A stretch of 64,000 bases of DNA. Source: Candidatus Eiseniibacteriota bacterium (GTDB lineage: Bacteria > Eisenbacteria > RBG-16-71-46). The position numbers and the translations under genes were made by a program. Shown one piece after another: positions 40,147 to 51,204 of this stretch (position 1 is the stretch's first letter; every line of letters starts with the position of its first letter). The stretch is taken from positions 1,408,001 through 1,472,000 of the forward strand of contig CAVQXP010000004.1 of the NCBI GenBank assembly GCA_963717935.1. Reading direction: 5' to 3'. A model generated the notes under the pieces. That model was not told where the DNA came from, did not search any database, and was given only the letters and a program-made list of their open reading frames with translations.

Positions 40147-40895
40147 GCGGCACGGACGTCGACTTCCGCCGCATCTACGAGCGTCACGCGGGCGAGTACG
40201 ACGCGATGGTCGCCGCCGAGGATTGCGACGGCCGCCTCCTGCCTGCCCTCCAGTCCATCGTGCCGCTGGCCGGCGCCACGGTCCTCGAGGTGGGCGCCGG
40301 CACCGGACGCGTCACCCGGCTGCTGCTCGGCGCCGGCGCGCGGGTCGTCGCCAGCGAGCCCGCCCTGGCCATGCTGGCCGTGGCCCGGCGCCACACCGTG
40401 CAGCTGCCCGCCGCGCGCTGCGTGCTGCTCGGCGCCGATGCACTCGCGTTGCCGGTCCGGGCGGGCTGGGCGGATGTCGCGATCGCCGGGTGGGCGCTGG
40501 GGCACCTGCGCTCGTGGTGTGCCGGTACCTGGCGCGAGACGATCGCTCGGGCTCTCGCCGAGATGGACCGCGCAGTGCGTCCCGGCGGCACGCTCATCGT
40601 GATCGAGACGCTGGGCACGGGCGAAGATCATCCCCGGCCGCCCACGGCGGGGCTCGCGGAGTACTATGCGTGGCTCGAGGGCGTACAGGGCATGCAGAGC
40701 GCGGCGTTCCGCACCGACTATCGCTTCCCCGATCCCGAGGCTGCCGCCCGGGCGACGGGCTTCTTCTTCGGCGGGGAGTTCGCGGCTCGTGTCCTGCACG
40801 AGCGTTGGTCGCGCATCCCCGAGTGCACCGGCCTGTGGTGGCGGCGGAGCGGGTCCCGCCACGACCACGAACGTCCGTCCGACCCCGCGAGGTAA
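40143..40895 (+). CDS. Class I SAM-dependent methyltransferase
   Basis: VLEVGAGTG, RPGGTLIVIETLGTG, RTDYRF, PECTGLWW; GTGA overlap with folE. Confidence 0.85.
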   Translation: MSGTDVDFRRIYERHAGEYDAMVAAEDCDGRLLPALQSIVPLAGATVLEVGAGTGRVTRLLLGAGARVVASEPALAMLAVARRHTVQLPAARCVLLGADALALPVRAGWADVAIAGWALGHLRSWCAGTWRETIARALAEMDRAVRPGGTLIVIETLGTGEDHPRPPTAGLAEYYAWLEGVQGMQSAAFRTDYRFPDPEAAARATGFFFGGEFAARVLHERWSRIPECTGLWWRRSGSRHDHERPSDPAR

Positions 40896-40899
40896 GACC

Positions 40900-41904
40900 A
40901 TGACATTGCCTGTCCGTCCGCTTGGAGCGAGCGGGATGCGCATCAGCACCGTCGGCCTGGGCGCCTGGGCGATCGGGGGCGGGGGCTGGGCCTACGGCTG
41001 GGGGCCGCAGGACGACGCGGCCTCGCTCGCGACCATGAGGCGCGCTCTCGAGTCGGGTCTCAACTGGATCGACACCGCCGCCATCTACGGCCTCGGCCAT
41101 TCGGAAGAGGTGGTGGGCCGCTTCCTGCGCGATCTGCCACCGGGCGAGCGGCCGCTGGTCTTCACCAAGTGCGGCATGGCGTGGGACGAGCAGGACCGGA
41201 CGGCGGAGCCCCGGCGCACGCTCGAGCCCGCGTCCATCCGCGCCGAGTGCGAGGCGTCGCTGCGCCGGCTCGGCGTCGAGCGCATCGACCTGTACCAGTT
41301 CCACTGGCCCGACGACACGGGCACGGCGGTCGAGGACTCCTGGGCGGAGATGGTGCGGCTGGTCGCCGAGGGCAAGGTGCGCGCGGCCGGCGTGTCCAAC
41401 TTCGACATCGGACTGCTCGGGCGCTGCGAGGCGCTGCGGCACGTGGACTCGCTGCAACCGGGCTTCTCGATGATCCGCCGGGGCGTGGCCGCGCAGGAGA
41501 TCCCTTGGTGCGCCCGGCACGAGGCCGGTGTCATCTGCTACAGCCCGATGCAGTCCGGGCTGCTGACGGACGGCTTCGACGCGGCGCGCAACGCAGCATT
41601 GGCGCCCGACGATTGGCGCCGCCGCTCTCCCGACTTTCGGCCGCCCGCGCTGGAGCGCAACCTCGCGCTGCGGGACGCCCTGCGGCCCATCGCCCTGCGC
41701 TACCAGACCACGGTCGCCGCCGTGGCCGTGGCGTGGACACTCGCCTGGCCGGGCGTGAGCGGTGCCATCGTGGGCGCGCGCGCCCCGGAACAGATCGACG
41801 GCTGGCTGCGGGCGGCGAGCCTCGAGTTGACGACGGGGGACCTCGACGAGATCGCCGCGGCCATCTCCGCGAGCGGCGCGGGCTCGGGGCCGGTCAGACC
41901 CTGA
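40900..41904 (+). CDS. Aldo/keto reductase
   Basis: GLGAWAIGG, IDTAAIYG, FTKCG, IDLYQFHWPD, GVSNF, YSPMQSGLL. Confidence 0.93.
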   Translation: MTLPVRPLGASGMRISTVGLGAWAIGGGGWAYGWGPQDDAASLATMRRALESGLNWIDTAAIYGLGHSEEVVGRFLRDLPPGERPLVFTKCGMAWDEQDRTAEPRRTLEPASIRAECEASLRRLGVERIDLYQFHWPDDTGTAVEDSWAEMVRLVAEGKVRAAGVSNFDIGLLGRCEALRHVDSLQPGFSMIRRGVAAQEIPWCARHEAGVICYSPMQSGLLTDGFDAARNAALAPDDWRRRSPDFRPPALERNLALRDALRPIALRYQTTVAAVAVAWTLAWPGVSGAIVGARAPEQIDGWLRAASLELTTGDLDEIAAAISASGAGSGPVRP

Positions 41905-41979
41905 GAGGGGGCGTGGCCCGGGCGATGGTGTCGCGCGACCGCGCGCCGCGTCCGGGGCGGCCCGCCGGGGCCGCTTCGC

Positions 41980-42750
41980 TCATTCCGGCGGCAGCGAGAC
42001 TCCCGGCGGGAGCTTCACGCCCAGGTGCTGGCCGCCGTCGAGCACGATCATCTGCCCGGTGAGGGCGGGTGAGCCCAGGATGAAGCGCACCGCGTCGCAG
42101 ATCTCCCCGGGCGTCGTGCCGCGCTTGAGCGGCGTCATCTCGCACTGGCGGACGAAGTCGGCCTCGGTCTGGCGCGGGCTCTTGAGAGCCGGTCCCGGTC
42201 CGATGGCGTTCACGCGGATGCGCGGCGCCAGCGCCAGCGCCAGCGAGCGGGTCAGCGTCCAGAGCCCGGTCTTGCTCACGGTGTACGAGACGAAGTAGGG
42301 CGTCAGGTTCCAGACGCGCTGGTCGAGCAGGTTGATGACGTTGCCCTCCTGGCCCACGGGCAACTGGCGCGCGAAGGCCTGCGTGAGCAGGAACGGCGCG
42401 CGCAGGTTGGTCTCGAGGTGTGCGTCCCACGAGGCGCGTGTCACGGTGTCGGCGAGGTCCAGCTCGAAGGTCGAGGCGTTGTTGACCAGGCAGGTGAGGG
42501 GGCCCAGCGCTTCGGCCGCCCGGGGCACCAGGGTCTCGGTCTCCGCCTCGCGGGCGAGGTCGGCCCGGACCAGCGCGGCGCGTCCGCCGTCCTGCTCGAT
42601 CCGGCCGACGACCTCGCGGGCCTCGGCCTCGGATTGGTTGCAGTGGACCGCCACTGCCCAGCCATGGCGAGCCAGGTCCAGTGCGATGGCGCGGCCGATG
42701 CGCCGCGCTGCGCCGGTGACGAGCGCGATCCTCGGGGACTCGGGACTCAT
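41980..42750 (-). CDS. SDR oxidoreductase, pteridine reductase/FolM-like
   Basis: TGAARRIG (NADP-type), LVNNASTF, INLLD, YTVSK, VNAIGPG. Confidence 0.85.
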   Translation of the reverse strand: MSPESPRIALVTGAARRIGRAIALDLARHGWAVAVHCNQSEAEAREVVGRIEQDGGRAALVRADLAREAETETLVPRAAEALGPLTCLVNNASTFELDLADTVTRASWDAHLETNLRAPFLLTQAFARQLPVGQEGNVINLLDQRVWNLTPYFVSYTVSKTGLWTLTRSLALALAPRIRVNAIGPGPALKSPRQTEADFVRQCEMTPLKRGTTPGEICDAVRFILGSPALTGQMIVLDGGQHLGVKLPPGVSLPPE

Positions 42751-42860
42751 GCCCGGGCATGATGCGGGAGGGAGGCGGGAGGTTCAAGCGCAGCTTTCCG
42801 GTGACTTCCGCCCGCACCGGGGCGGATACTCCTCCACGACCCCGATCCCCGGAGGTGAGC

Positions 42861-44528
42861 ATGGACCGAGCCGTGAAGCCGTGCACGGGCATCCCCCTCA
42901 CGAACTATCGCCTCTACCGTGCGCGAAGTGTCCCGCGCACCTACCTCGTGATCTCGACCTATTTCGACCACGAGGGCCGGGCCGAGCAGCCCGGTCCGGC
43001 GGAGTTCGAGGAGCGGGGCGCGATGCAGGCGCTGCTCGCCGACCTCGAGGTGGCGCAGGGCGCGCCCGTGACGGAGCGCGCTCCGGCCCGGGGGCCCGCG
43101 GGGGCGCGCCGGCGCCGCGCACCGGTGACCCTGCGCACGCACGGCTTCAACGTCCGCCTCGGTGACTTCGCGCGCGACCTGCTGCTCGAGACGGCGGCCT
43201 CGCCGGGGGAGACCTTCCGGCCGGGCCGCCGCGTGCTCATCGGTTACCGCTGGCCGAGCGAGGGCGTGCTCTCGATGCGCTCGGCCCGCGATGTGGCGAA
43301 GGCCCTGTTCTTCACCGCCGCGGTGAGCGTGCTGCTCCTGCTGCTGCCGCTGCTGGCGCTCTCGCCGCCCGGGCACCAGTGGCTGGCGGGCGGTGCGGCC
43401 GGGCCCGCGGCGCAGGCGCTGCGGACGCTGTTGTGGCCCTACGCCTCGCGCGTGCTCGCGGCCGTGCTGTTCGGCGCGGGCGCGTCACTGCTCGCGCTGC
43501 GGCTCTCCACCTACCTGCGGGACCGCTACCGCGCGCTCCACTACGGCGTGCCCGACCTGTGCGAGTTCGTGCGCGACCTGGAGACCGGGCTCGAGGCCAC
43601 GGGCATCCGGGTGGCGCTCGACCTGGTGGGCCACAGCATGGGCTGCCTGACGCTCGTGAACGCGGTGCGCCTGATGACGGAGTTCTTCCACCGGCCCGGC
43701 GTCGAGAGCCGCTTCATCGGCTTCGGCCGTGCGATCGGACTGCGCACGCTGGTGCTCGCCGCACCCGACATCCCGGCGGCGCTCGCGAGCCCGGGGCGCA
43801 ACAACTACTTCCTCGCCTCGTTGAGGCGCTTCGCCGCGGTGCACGTCCTCTCGAGCGACCGGGACATCGTGCTCAAGTGGGCCTCGACCCTGGTCAACTG
43901 GGCCAGCGAGCCCCGTCACGACATGGCGGGCCGGCACCTCGGCAACGTCTTCCTGGCGCGCGCCGGGAGCGTGCCGCAGGGCGGGCACGAGACGCCTCAC
44001 GTCGGCGCCTACCTGCCCGTGCTGCGCCCGCAGGTGCGTGCCTTCCCGGTGCTCGATCCGAGGGCCCAGCGGACCGGGCAGCACCGGCTGGCGTGGGTCC
44101 ACTTTCACGACTGCAGCGTGTGCCCCAGCCTCGCGGCCGGCCGCGGCCGGCCCGTGGCGCTGAGTCTCGGCGTGCTCGCGGGCATCGTGGCGCTCCATCT
44201 GTGGATGGGCCTGGGCGTCACGCTCTGGGCGCTGGCGTGGGCCACGGCCCTGTTCGGCCTCGGGGCACTCGCGCGGTGGATCCCGGGCTGGCGCGACCGG
44301 TGGTGGCTCGGCCCGCTCGTCGGCATGCTCGCCGACTGGCCCTCGGTCGTCGGCTTCGGTCCGCACTCGAACCCGCACGGTGGCTACTTCGTCCCCGGGA
44401 GCGAGCCGCGCCGCCTGATCGCGCGCATCCTCCGGCATCCGGCGCGCCGGCCCGTGGCAGGGGAGGCGCCCGCGCTCGTGCGCACGGGCGGGCGCATCCG
44501 CACGAGCGCCGTGGCGCTGGAGGTGTAG
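42861..44528 (+). CDS. Membrane-associated alpha/beta hydrolase (DUF900-like; start uncertain)
   Basis: HGFNV, YRWPS, GHSMG nucleophile elbow, LAAPDI, SDRDIVL, HGGYF; hydrophobic TM-like insertions. Confidence 0.7.
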   Translation: MDRAVKPCTGIPLTNYRLYRARSVPRTYLVISTYFDHEGRAEQPGPAEFEERGAMQALLADLEVAQGAPVTERAPARGPAGARRRRAPVTLRTHGFNVRLGDFARDLLLETAASPGETFRPGRRVLIGYRWPSEGVLSMRSARDVAKALFFTAAVSVLLLLLPLLALSPPGHQWLAGGAAGPAAQALRTLLWPYASRVLAAVLFGAGASLLALRLSTYLRDRYRALHYGVPDLCEFVRDLETGLEATGIRVALDLVGHSMGCLTLVNAVRLMTEFFHRPGVESRFIGFGRAIGLRTLVLAAPDIPAALASPGRNNYFLASLRRFAAVHVLSSDRDIVLKWASTLVNWASEPRHDMAGRHLGNVFLARAGSVPQGGHETPHVGAYLPVLRPQVRAFPVLDPRAQRTGQHRLAWVHFHDCSVCPSLAAGRGRPVALSLGVLAGIVALHLWMGLGVTLWALAWATALFGLGALARWIPGWRDRWWLGPLVGMLADWPSVVGFGPHSNPHGGYFVPGSEPRRLIARILRHPARRPVAGEAPALVRTGGRIRTSAVALEV

Positions 44529-44533
44529 CGGTC

Positions 44534-44569
44534 GCGGGCCCCCGCACGCCGCAGCGCGCGGGGGCTCGC
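44534..44569. terminator. Hairpin between convergent genes
   Basis: GCGGGCCCCCGC / GCGGGGGCTCGC, a 12-bp stem with one G-U pair. Confidence 0.45.
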
Positions 44570-44582
44570 CCGTCGGGCGCCG

Positions 44583-45461
44583 CTACTTCTTGATCGGCAC
44601 CACGGTCCTGTCGTCCAGCCCGAGCACGTTCACCAGGTCCGATCCGGCGGGCACGATGAACTTGGTCTGACCGGCCAGCACGTTGTTGAGCACGTCGAGG
44701 CGCTTGCTCATCTCGGCGCGCTCCTTGAAGTACGACTCCGCCGCGTTCGAGACCATCTCGATGGCCTTGGCCTCGGCCGTGGCGCGGGTGATGCGGGCTT
44801 GGGCGTCGCCCTCGGCCCTCAGGATCTCGGACTGGCGCACGCCCTCGGCCTGCAGGATCTGCGCCTGCTTCACGCCCTCGGCCTCGAGGATGTTGGCACG
44901 CTTGTCGCGCTCGGCCTTCATCTGGCGCGACATGGCCTCGGTGATGTCGGCCGGCGGATCGATCTTCTGCACCTCGACGCGCGTGACCTTCACGCCCCAG
45001 GTGTTGGTGGCCTCGTCCAGCACGGCTCGCAGGTTGGCGTTGATGGTGTCGCGCGCCGTGAGGGTCTCGTCGAGCAACTTGTCGCCGATCAGGTTGCGCA
45101 GGTTGGTCTGGGCCAGCGTCGTGGCCGCGTAGCCGAAGTTCTGCACCTCGAAGGTCGCCTTCACGGGGTCGCTGATGCGGTAGTAGATGACCGCGTCCAC
45201 CGTGACCGAGACGTTGTCCTTGGTGATGACCTTCTGCGGCTCGACGTTGATGACCCGCTCGCGCATGTCCACCTTGATCATGTCCTCGATCAGGGGCACG
45301 AGGAAGGTGAGGCCCGAGTCGGCCGAGGCCCGGTAGCGCCCGAGGCGCATGATCAGGCCCTTCTCGTACTGGGACACGATGCGCGCCGAGCGCGCCAGGG
45401 CGATGAGCGCGATGAACAGGACGATGAAGAGCAGGAGCGTGCCGAATTGAGCGACCATCAC
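44583..45461 (-). CDS. SPFH/band 7 (stomatin-like, QmcA-type) protein
   Basis: N-terminal [38 protein letters not shown]...AEG repeats. Confidence 0.93.
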   Translation of the reverse strand: MMVAQFGTLLLFIVLFIALIALARSARIVSQYEKGLIMRLGRYRASADSGLTFLVPLIEDMIKVDMRERVINVEPQKVITKDNVSVTVDAVIYYRISDPVKATFEVQNFGYAATTLAQTNLRNLIGDKLLDETLTARDTINANLRAVLDEATNTWGVKVTRVEVQKIDPPADITEAMSRQMKAERDKRANILEAEGVKQAQILQAEGVRQSEILRAEGDAQARITRATAEAKAIEMVSNAAESYFKERAEMSKRLDVLNNVLAGQTKFIVPAGSDLVNVLGLDDRTVVPIKK

Positions 45462-45919
45462 GGGATCCTCCGCACGGTGAGCGTGACGCCGTCGATGCCC
45501 TCGACCAGCACCTCGGCCCCAACTTCGAGCGCGCCCGGCTCATCCGGCGCGGGGCGCGCTCGCCACACCTCGCCGCGCAGGCTCACCTGCCCGGGTTGAT
45601 GGGCCGAGAGGGCCTGCGTCACCAGCGCGCGCTGCCCGAGCAGCGCGTCCGTGTTGGTGGCGATGCCGGGTCGCTTGAGCCGCGCGCGCACCCAGCGGCG
45701 CCCCGCCACGATGTAGAGCACGCACAGCGCGCTTGCCGTCACGAATCCCGCGGCGGCGTTGCCCATCAGCAGGCCGAGTGCTCCGCCCAGCACGAACGAC
45801 GAGCCGATCAGGACGAGGTCGAAGCCGGCGAAGCCGCCGAGCAAGGCCTCGATGAGCACCATCGCGGCTCCCGCCACCACCAGCACCCAGTTCCAGTTCA
45901 GGTTGAGGGGCATCTTCAT
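45458..45919 (-). CDS. Short NfeD-family protein
   Basis: Three TM segments plus OB fold ([12 protein letters not shown]...[11 protein letters not shown]); canonical partner upstream of SPFH. Confidence 0.88.
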   Translation of the reverse strand: MKMPLNLNWNWVLVVAGAAMVLIEALLGGFAGFDLVLIGSSFVLGGALGLLMGNAAAGFVTASALCVLYIVAGRRWVRARLKRPGIATNTDALLGQRALVTQALSAHQPGQVSLRGEVWRARPAPDEPGALEVGAEVLVEGIDGVTLTVRRIP

Positions 45920-46079
45920 CCTCCCGGCCGCCGGACGTCCGGGCTGGTGCGCCGAAGCGGCCACGGTCACGATAGCAGGACTCCGTCGCGTGACAAGTCG
46001 AACTGCGGGCGGCGGCGTCCGGGGCCGGGGGGCGGTGGGGAGGGGGACCGGCGTCCGCGCAGGGCTGCCGGCGCGGGGC

Positions 46080-47491
46080 TCAGCGCCGCGCCGGTCCGGC
46101 GGTGCCCCGGAGCCGCGCGGTGGCGGCCTCGAGGTCGAGCCCCAGCAGATCGGCGATCAGGCGCGCCACTTCCGTGTTCTCATGCAGGCCGATGAAGCGC
46201 TCGCGGCCCGGCCCCCAGGCGTAGAGCCCGACGTCGACGCCGGTGTGCCCGCCGGTGCTCCAGCCGACGCGCGCCCGCCGGCTCTCGATCTCGCTCAGCG
46301 CCCGCAGCAGGCCGAAGCGGCGCACCGAGTCGGGCGCGGCGGCGGCGGCGACCAGGACCGCTCTCTCCTCGTCCTCGAGCGGGCCCAGCGCCCGTCCCGC
46401 GCTCCGCCACGGTGACCGGGTCGCCGCCATCCACGATGTCGCCGGACATCCGCCAGACCGAGGCGCGGGCGGCGAGGAGCGACTCGGGGTGCATCACGTA
46501 CGGGCTCGCGCGTCCCACGCGGCGCCCGAGCCCGAGCCCGCCGGTCTCGTGGTCCGCCACGGACACGACGAGCGTGTGCCCGTCGCGGCGGGCGAAGGCG
46601 AGCGCGAGCCCCACCGCCCGGTCATAGGCGAGCACCTCGCGGGCCACCGCGGCCGGGTCGTCGTCGTGGCCAGCGTCGTCGATCCGGCCGCCCTCGACCA
46701 GGAGGAAGAAACCGCGCGGGGAGGGCCCCAGCAGCTCGAGCGCCTTCGCGGTCATCTGAGCGAGCGAGGGCTCGCGCAGCGTGTCGCGATCGATCTCGAG
46801 GGCGATCTGATCCGTGCCGATGCCGAAGAGCCCGAGCAGCGGCAGCCCGCGGGCCGCCGCCAGCTCGGCGGGAGTCGTGACCACGGTGCCACCGCGTGCG
46901 CGGTGCTCCGCGAACAGGTCGCGGCTGTCGCGGCGCCGGCCGCCCGCCGAGACCGGGCGCCAGCGCGACAGGTCGCCGCCGAGCAGCACGTCCACGTGGT
47001 GCTGGAGCATCTCGACCGCGATCGAGTCCTGCAACGTGCGCCGGGTGACGTGCGCCACGAAGGCCGCGGGCGTCGCGTCGGTCAGATCGGCGGTGGTGAC
47101 GAGCCCGGTTGCCATGCCCCGGGCCTCCGCGGCTTCGACCAGCGTGCCCACGGGACGGCCCTCGGGGTCCACACCGACCATGCGGTTGCGGGTCTTCACC
47201 CCGGAGGCGTAGGCGGTGCCGCCCGCGGCCGAGTCGGTGACGTGCGAGTCGGCGGAGTGCGTCTCGACCGCGCCCACCAGGAGGCTGTCGAGCACGAGGG
47301 GACGCCCCGACACCAGCCGGGCGAGCGTGATCGCCGCCGGGCCGCAGCCGTCGGGGATCATGAGGATGACGTTGCGCGGCCGCGCCGTCGCGTCGGCCGG
47401 GGCGCCCGCGGCGCGCGTGTGCCGCCGCGGCGCCGAGAGCGAGCGCCAGCGCGAGCAGCGAAGGCAGGACGAGACGGCGGAGCCCGGGCAT
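46080..47491 (-). CDS. Alkaline phosphatase (PhoA family; frameshifts near 47410 and 46390)
   Basis: Signal peptide, NVILMIPDG, VTDSAAGGTA, DATPAAF, VEGGRIDDAGH, ADHETGG, GHTGVDV, HENTEV. Confidence 0.88.
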
Positions 47492-47499
47492 CCTGTGGC

Positions 47500-48717
47500 C
47501 TACTTCCAGGTCCTCACGCAGCGGCGCTGGCCGATCTGGATCTCGGCGGGGGAGGACGGGTCGAGCGCCCATCTCAGGCGCGCGATGGCCTCCACCAGGT
47601 CCTGCCGCGCGCCGGCGTAGGAGAGCCGCAGGTGCCCCTCCATGCCGAACTCGCGGCCGGGCACGGTGACCAGCAGGGCCTGCTTGAGCAGGAACTCCGA
47701 CAGCCGCATCGAGTCTCCGTCATGGGCGCTGAAGTCGGGCAGGCAGTAGAACGTGCCGTCCGGTTTCGCGCACTCGACCCCGGGGATCGAGGCGAGCCCA
47801 TGCATCACCACGTCGCGGTTCTCCTGCATGGCGCGCCGCAGCGTCTCGACCACGCCCTGGTCGCCGTTCAGCGCGCCCTCGGCGCCCGCCTGGAGCACCG
47901 TGGAGCTGCAGGTCGTGGTCTGGCTCTGGATGTTGGTCATGACGGCCACCAGCTCGCGGCTTGCGACGGCCCAGCCGATGCGGAAGCCGGTCATGCCGTA
48001 GGTCTTCGCCACCCCGTTGACGAGCACGACCTTGGTGCTCTCCACGTCGCGGTCGGTGAAGCGCCAGGCCGACACGGCCTGGCGGCCGTCGAAGACGAGC
48101 TTGTGGTAGATGTCGTCCATCAGCAGGTAGATGTCCCGGCGCTCGCAGAGCTGCACGAGGGCCTGGATGAAGCCCTCGTCGTACATCACGCCGGAGGGGT
48201 TGTTCGGGCTGTTGCAGAGGATGGCCCTCGTGCGGGGAGTGAGTGCGCGCTCGATCTCCGCCAGGCTCGGACGGAAGCCGCCGTCCGCGGCCGTGACGAC
48301 CACCGGCACTCCGCGGCACATGCGCGTGATCTCCGGGTAGCTGACCCAGTAGGGCGCCAGCAGGACGACCTCGTCCTGCGGGTCGAGCAGGGCATAGAGC
48401 AGGTTGAAGAGCGACTGCTTGGCTCCCGAGGAGACGATGACGTTGGCCGGCGTGACCTTCCGGCCGTAGTTCGTCTCGGTGTAACGGACGATGGCCTGCT
48501 TGAGTCCGGGCGTGCCGTCGGTCGAGGAGTACTTGACGTCGCCCTGGTTCAGCACGGCCGCCGCGCCGGCGATGGCGGCTTCAGGCGTCTTGTTCTTGGG
48601 TTCGCCGATGCCTAGGTGGATCACGGCTTCGCCCCTCGCCCGCAGGACGCGGGCTTCCTCGTTCAGTCTGAGGGTGGGCGACTCGGCGATGGACGAAGCG
48701 AGCTGGCTGAGGCCCAT
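47500..48717 (-). CDS. PLP-dependent class I/II aminotransferase (aspartate aminotransferase-like)
   Basis: GIGEP, GAKQSL, PYWVSY, NSPNNPSG, DDIY, AKTYGMTGFRIGW, LRLSYA. Confidence 0.92.
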   Translation of the reverse strand: MGLSQLASSIAESPTLRLNEEARVLRARGEAVIHLGIGEPKNKTPEAAIAGAAAVLNQGDVKYSSTDGTPGLKQAIVRYTETNYGRKVTPANVIVSSGAKQSLFNLLYALLDPQDEVVLLAPYWVSYPEITRMCRGVPVVVTAADGGFRPSLAEIERALTPRTRAILCNSPNNPSGVMYDEGFIQALVQLCERRDIYLLMDDIYHKLVFDGRQAVSAWRFTDRDVESTKVVLVNGVAKTYGMTGFRIGWAVASRELVAVMTNIQSQTTTCSSTVLQAGAEGALNGDQGVVETLRRAMQENRDVVMHGLASIPGVECAKPDGTFYCLPDFSAHDGDSMRLSEFLLKQALLVTVPGREFGMEGHLRLSYAGARQDLVEAIARLRWALDPSSPAEIQIGQRRCVRTWK

Positions 48718-48777
48718 CGGATATTGACCTCCTGAGCGCGGACGCGGTGACTCCACCGCAGGAAAGAGATTCGCGGC

Positions 48778-48807
48778 AGTATAGGCTCGGCCTTCGGTGC
48801 CGGACAA
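48778..48807 (-). promoter_or_regulatory. Sigma70-type promoter for the aminotransferase
   Basis: On the minus strand TTGTCC, 18-nt spacer, TATACT, upstream of SD AGGAGG. Confidence 0.55.
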
Positions 48808-49052
48808 CACACGCGGGACACTCCGGTCGGTCGGCCGCCGGACGATCTTCGGCGGGAGAGGAGCGCACGGCGGCTCGTGGACGCGCCGTCCCCGGGTCCG
48901 CGCGCCCCGGGGGCGGCGGGGCGGCCTTCCGCGCCCCTTCGGCAAGCGGGCCGCGCATGCACTAGAATGTCAGGGTCCTTCGCACTGTCACCATCGGGCG
49001 GGCCGCGTCGCGCGAGCCGCCCTTCACGAACCTCTCAACCGGAAGGTCGCAC

Positions 49053-49946
49053 GTGGAATTCCGCAAGCTGGGCATCGTCGGCGGGGGCACGATGGGCAAG
49101 TCCATCGCCGAGAAGGTCGCGTCCAACGGCATCGACGTCATCGTGGTGGAGATCTCCCAGGCGAAGGCCGACCGGGCCCGCGAGGAGCTGGTCGGCACGC
49201 TGGACCGCGAGCTCGAGAAGTGGGCCATCACGGCGTCCGAGAAGAAGGTGGTCCTGTCGCGCGTGCGCTTCACCGCCGACCTGGCCGAACTCGCCGCGAC
49301 GGACATGGTCATCGAGACCGTGAACGAGGACCTCGAGACCAAGAAGGACGTCATGCGGCGGCTCGGCTCGGTCTGCCCGCCGGACCGCATCTTCATCACC
49401 AACACCTCGACCCTGAGCATCACCGAGATCGCGGCGGCTTCCGGGCGGCCCGACAGGGTGCTGGGCATGCACTTCATGCGTCCCGTGACGCGCACGCCGG
49501 TGGTCGAGGTGATCCGCGGGGTCGAGACCTCGGACGAGACCTACGGTCAGGCCCTGGCTCTGGCGCGGGCGCTCGAGAAGACGGCGGTCACGGTCTTCGA
49601 GTACCCGGGCTACATCGTGACGCGCGTCATCCTGCCGATGCTGAACGAGGCGATGTATGTCGTCATGGAAGGCGTGGCCAGCGCCGAGGATGTGGACCTG
49701 GCGATGAAGCTCTCCTACGAGTTCCGCGTGGGGCCGCTCGAATACGCCGACCGCGTGGGGCTCGACAAGATCATGGGCTGGATGGATCACCTGTTCCGCG
49801 AGCTGGGGGACATCAAGTACCGGCCCTGCCCGCTGCTGCACAAGCTGGTGCGCGCCGGGCACCTCGGCCGCAAGACCGGCCGCGGCTTCTTCGTCTACGA
49901 CGGACGCCAGCGCGTGAGCGGCACCGGGAAGGAGGCGTCGCTGTGA
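49053..49946 (+). CDS. 3-hydroxyacyl-CoA (3-hydroxybutyryl-CoA-like) dehydrogenase
   Basis: GGGTMG, IETVNED...[35 protein letters not shown]. Confidence 0.88.
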   Translation: MEFRKLGIVGGGTMGKSIAEKVASNGIDVIVVEISQAKADRAREELVGTLDRELEKWAITASEKKVVLSRVRFTADLAELAATDMVIETVNEDLETKKDVMRRLGSVCPPDRIFITNTSTLSITEIAAASGRPDRVLGMHFMRPVTRTPVVEVIRGVETSDETYGQALALARALEKTAVTVFEYPGYIVTRVILPMLNEAMYVVMEGVASAEDVDLAMKLSYEFRVGPLEYADRVGLDKIMGWMDHLFRELGDIKYRPCPLLHKLVRAGHLGRKTGRGFFVYDGRQRVSGTGKEASL

Positions 49947-51184
49947 AGGTCCTCGTCATCAACTCCGGATCCTCGTCCGTCAAGTACCAGCTCATCGAGA
50001 CCTCGCTCGAGTTGATCGAGCAGGACGCCGACCACGCCATCGCCCGCGGCTCGGTGGAGCGCATCGGGACGTCGAGCGCCGTCCACACCTACCGCCCGGC
50101 GGGGCGGGACAAGGTGAGCGTGGTCAAGGAGATCCTCGAGCACCGGGTGGCGATCGCCGAGATCATCCAGACGCTCACCGCCCCGAAGACCGGCGTGATC
50201 CACGAGGTCGCGGAGATCGAGGCGGTGGGCCACCGCATGGTGCATGGCGGCGAGAAGTTCACGCAGTCGGCCCTGTGCACGCCCGAGGTGGTCCAGGAGA
50301 TCGAGGACTGTTGCGAACTGGCGCCGCTGCACAACCCGCACAACCTGCGCGGCTACCACGCGGCCCGGCAGATCCTGCCCGACGTGCCGCACGCGGCGGT
50401 GTTCGACACCTCCTACCACCAGACCATGCCGCCGTACGCCTACCTGTACGGCCTGCCCTACGTGCTCTACACGCGGCACGGCATCCGGCGCTACGGCTTC
50501 CACGGCACCTCGCACCGCTTCGTGGGCTGGCGCTCCCGCAAGCTGCTGGGGCGGCCGCGCGAGGAGACGCGCCTGATCACCTGTCACCTGGGCAACGGCG
50601 CCAGCATCTGCGCGATCGACCACGGGCGCTCGGTGGACACCTCGATGGGCTTCACGCCCCTCGAGGGGCTGCTCATGGGCACGCGCTGCGGTGACCTCGA
50701 CCCGGCAGTCCTCTTCTACGTGATGCACAAGGAGGACCTGACCGAGTACGAGGGCAGCACCATGCTGAACAAGCACTCGGGCCTGTTCGGCGTCTCGGGC
50801 CTGTCGAACGACATGCTCGAACTGGAGAAGGCCGAGGCGCAGGGGCACGAGCGCGCGAAGCTCGCCATCGACATCTTCTGCTACCGCGTGAGGAAGTACA
50901 TCGGTGCCTACGCCGCGGCCATGGGCGGCGTGGACGCGATCATCTTCACGGGCGGCATCGGCGAGAACTCGTCGATCGTGCGCGCCCGCTCGATGGCGGG
51001 GCTCGAGTTCATGGGCGCCAGCCTCGACCCGGCGGGCAACGAAGCCGCGGTGAAGGGCAAGGAGGCCGACATCTCGACCGCGGACGCGAAGGTGCGCACG
51101 CTCGTCATCCCCACGAACGAGGAGTTGATCATCGCCCGCGACACGCTGCGGCTGATGAAGGGGAAGCTTCAGCCGACGGGGTGA
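49943..51184 (+). CDS. ackA: Acetate/propionate kinase (absent from the ORF track)
   Basis: GTG start; [81 protein letters not shown]. Confidence 0.96.
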   Translation: MKVLVINSGSSSVKYQLIETSLELIEQDADHAIARGSVERIGTSSAVHTYRPAGRDKVSVVKEILEHRVAIAEIIQTLTAPKTGVIHEVAEIEAVGHRMVHGGEKFTQSALCTPEVVQEIEDCCELAPLHNPHNLRGYHAARQILPDVPHAAVFDTSYHQTMPPYAYLYGLPYVLYTRHGIRRYGFHGTSHRFVGWRSRKLLGRPREETRLITCHLGNGASICAIDHGRSVDTSMGFTPLEGLLMGTRCGDLDPAVLFYVMHKEDLTEYEGSTMLNKHSGLFGVSGLSNDMLELEKAEAQGHERAKLAIDIFCYRVRKYIGAYAAAMGGVDAIIFTGGIGENSSIVRARSMAGLEFMGASLDPAGNEAAVKGKEADISTADAKVRTLVIPTNEELIIARDTLRLMKGKLQPTG

Positions 51185-51204
51185 GCACCGTTTGCTCGTC
51201 CCCT

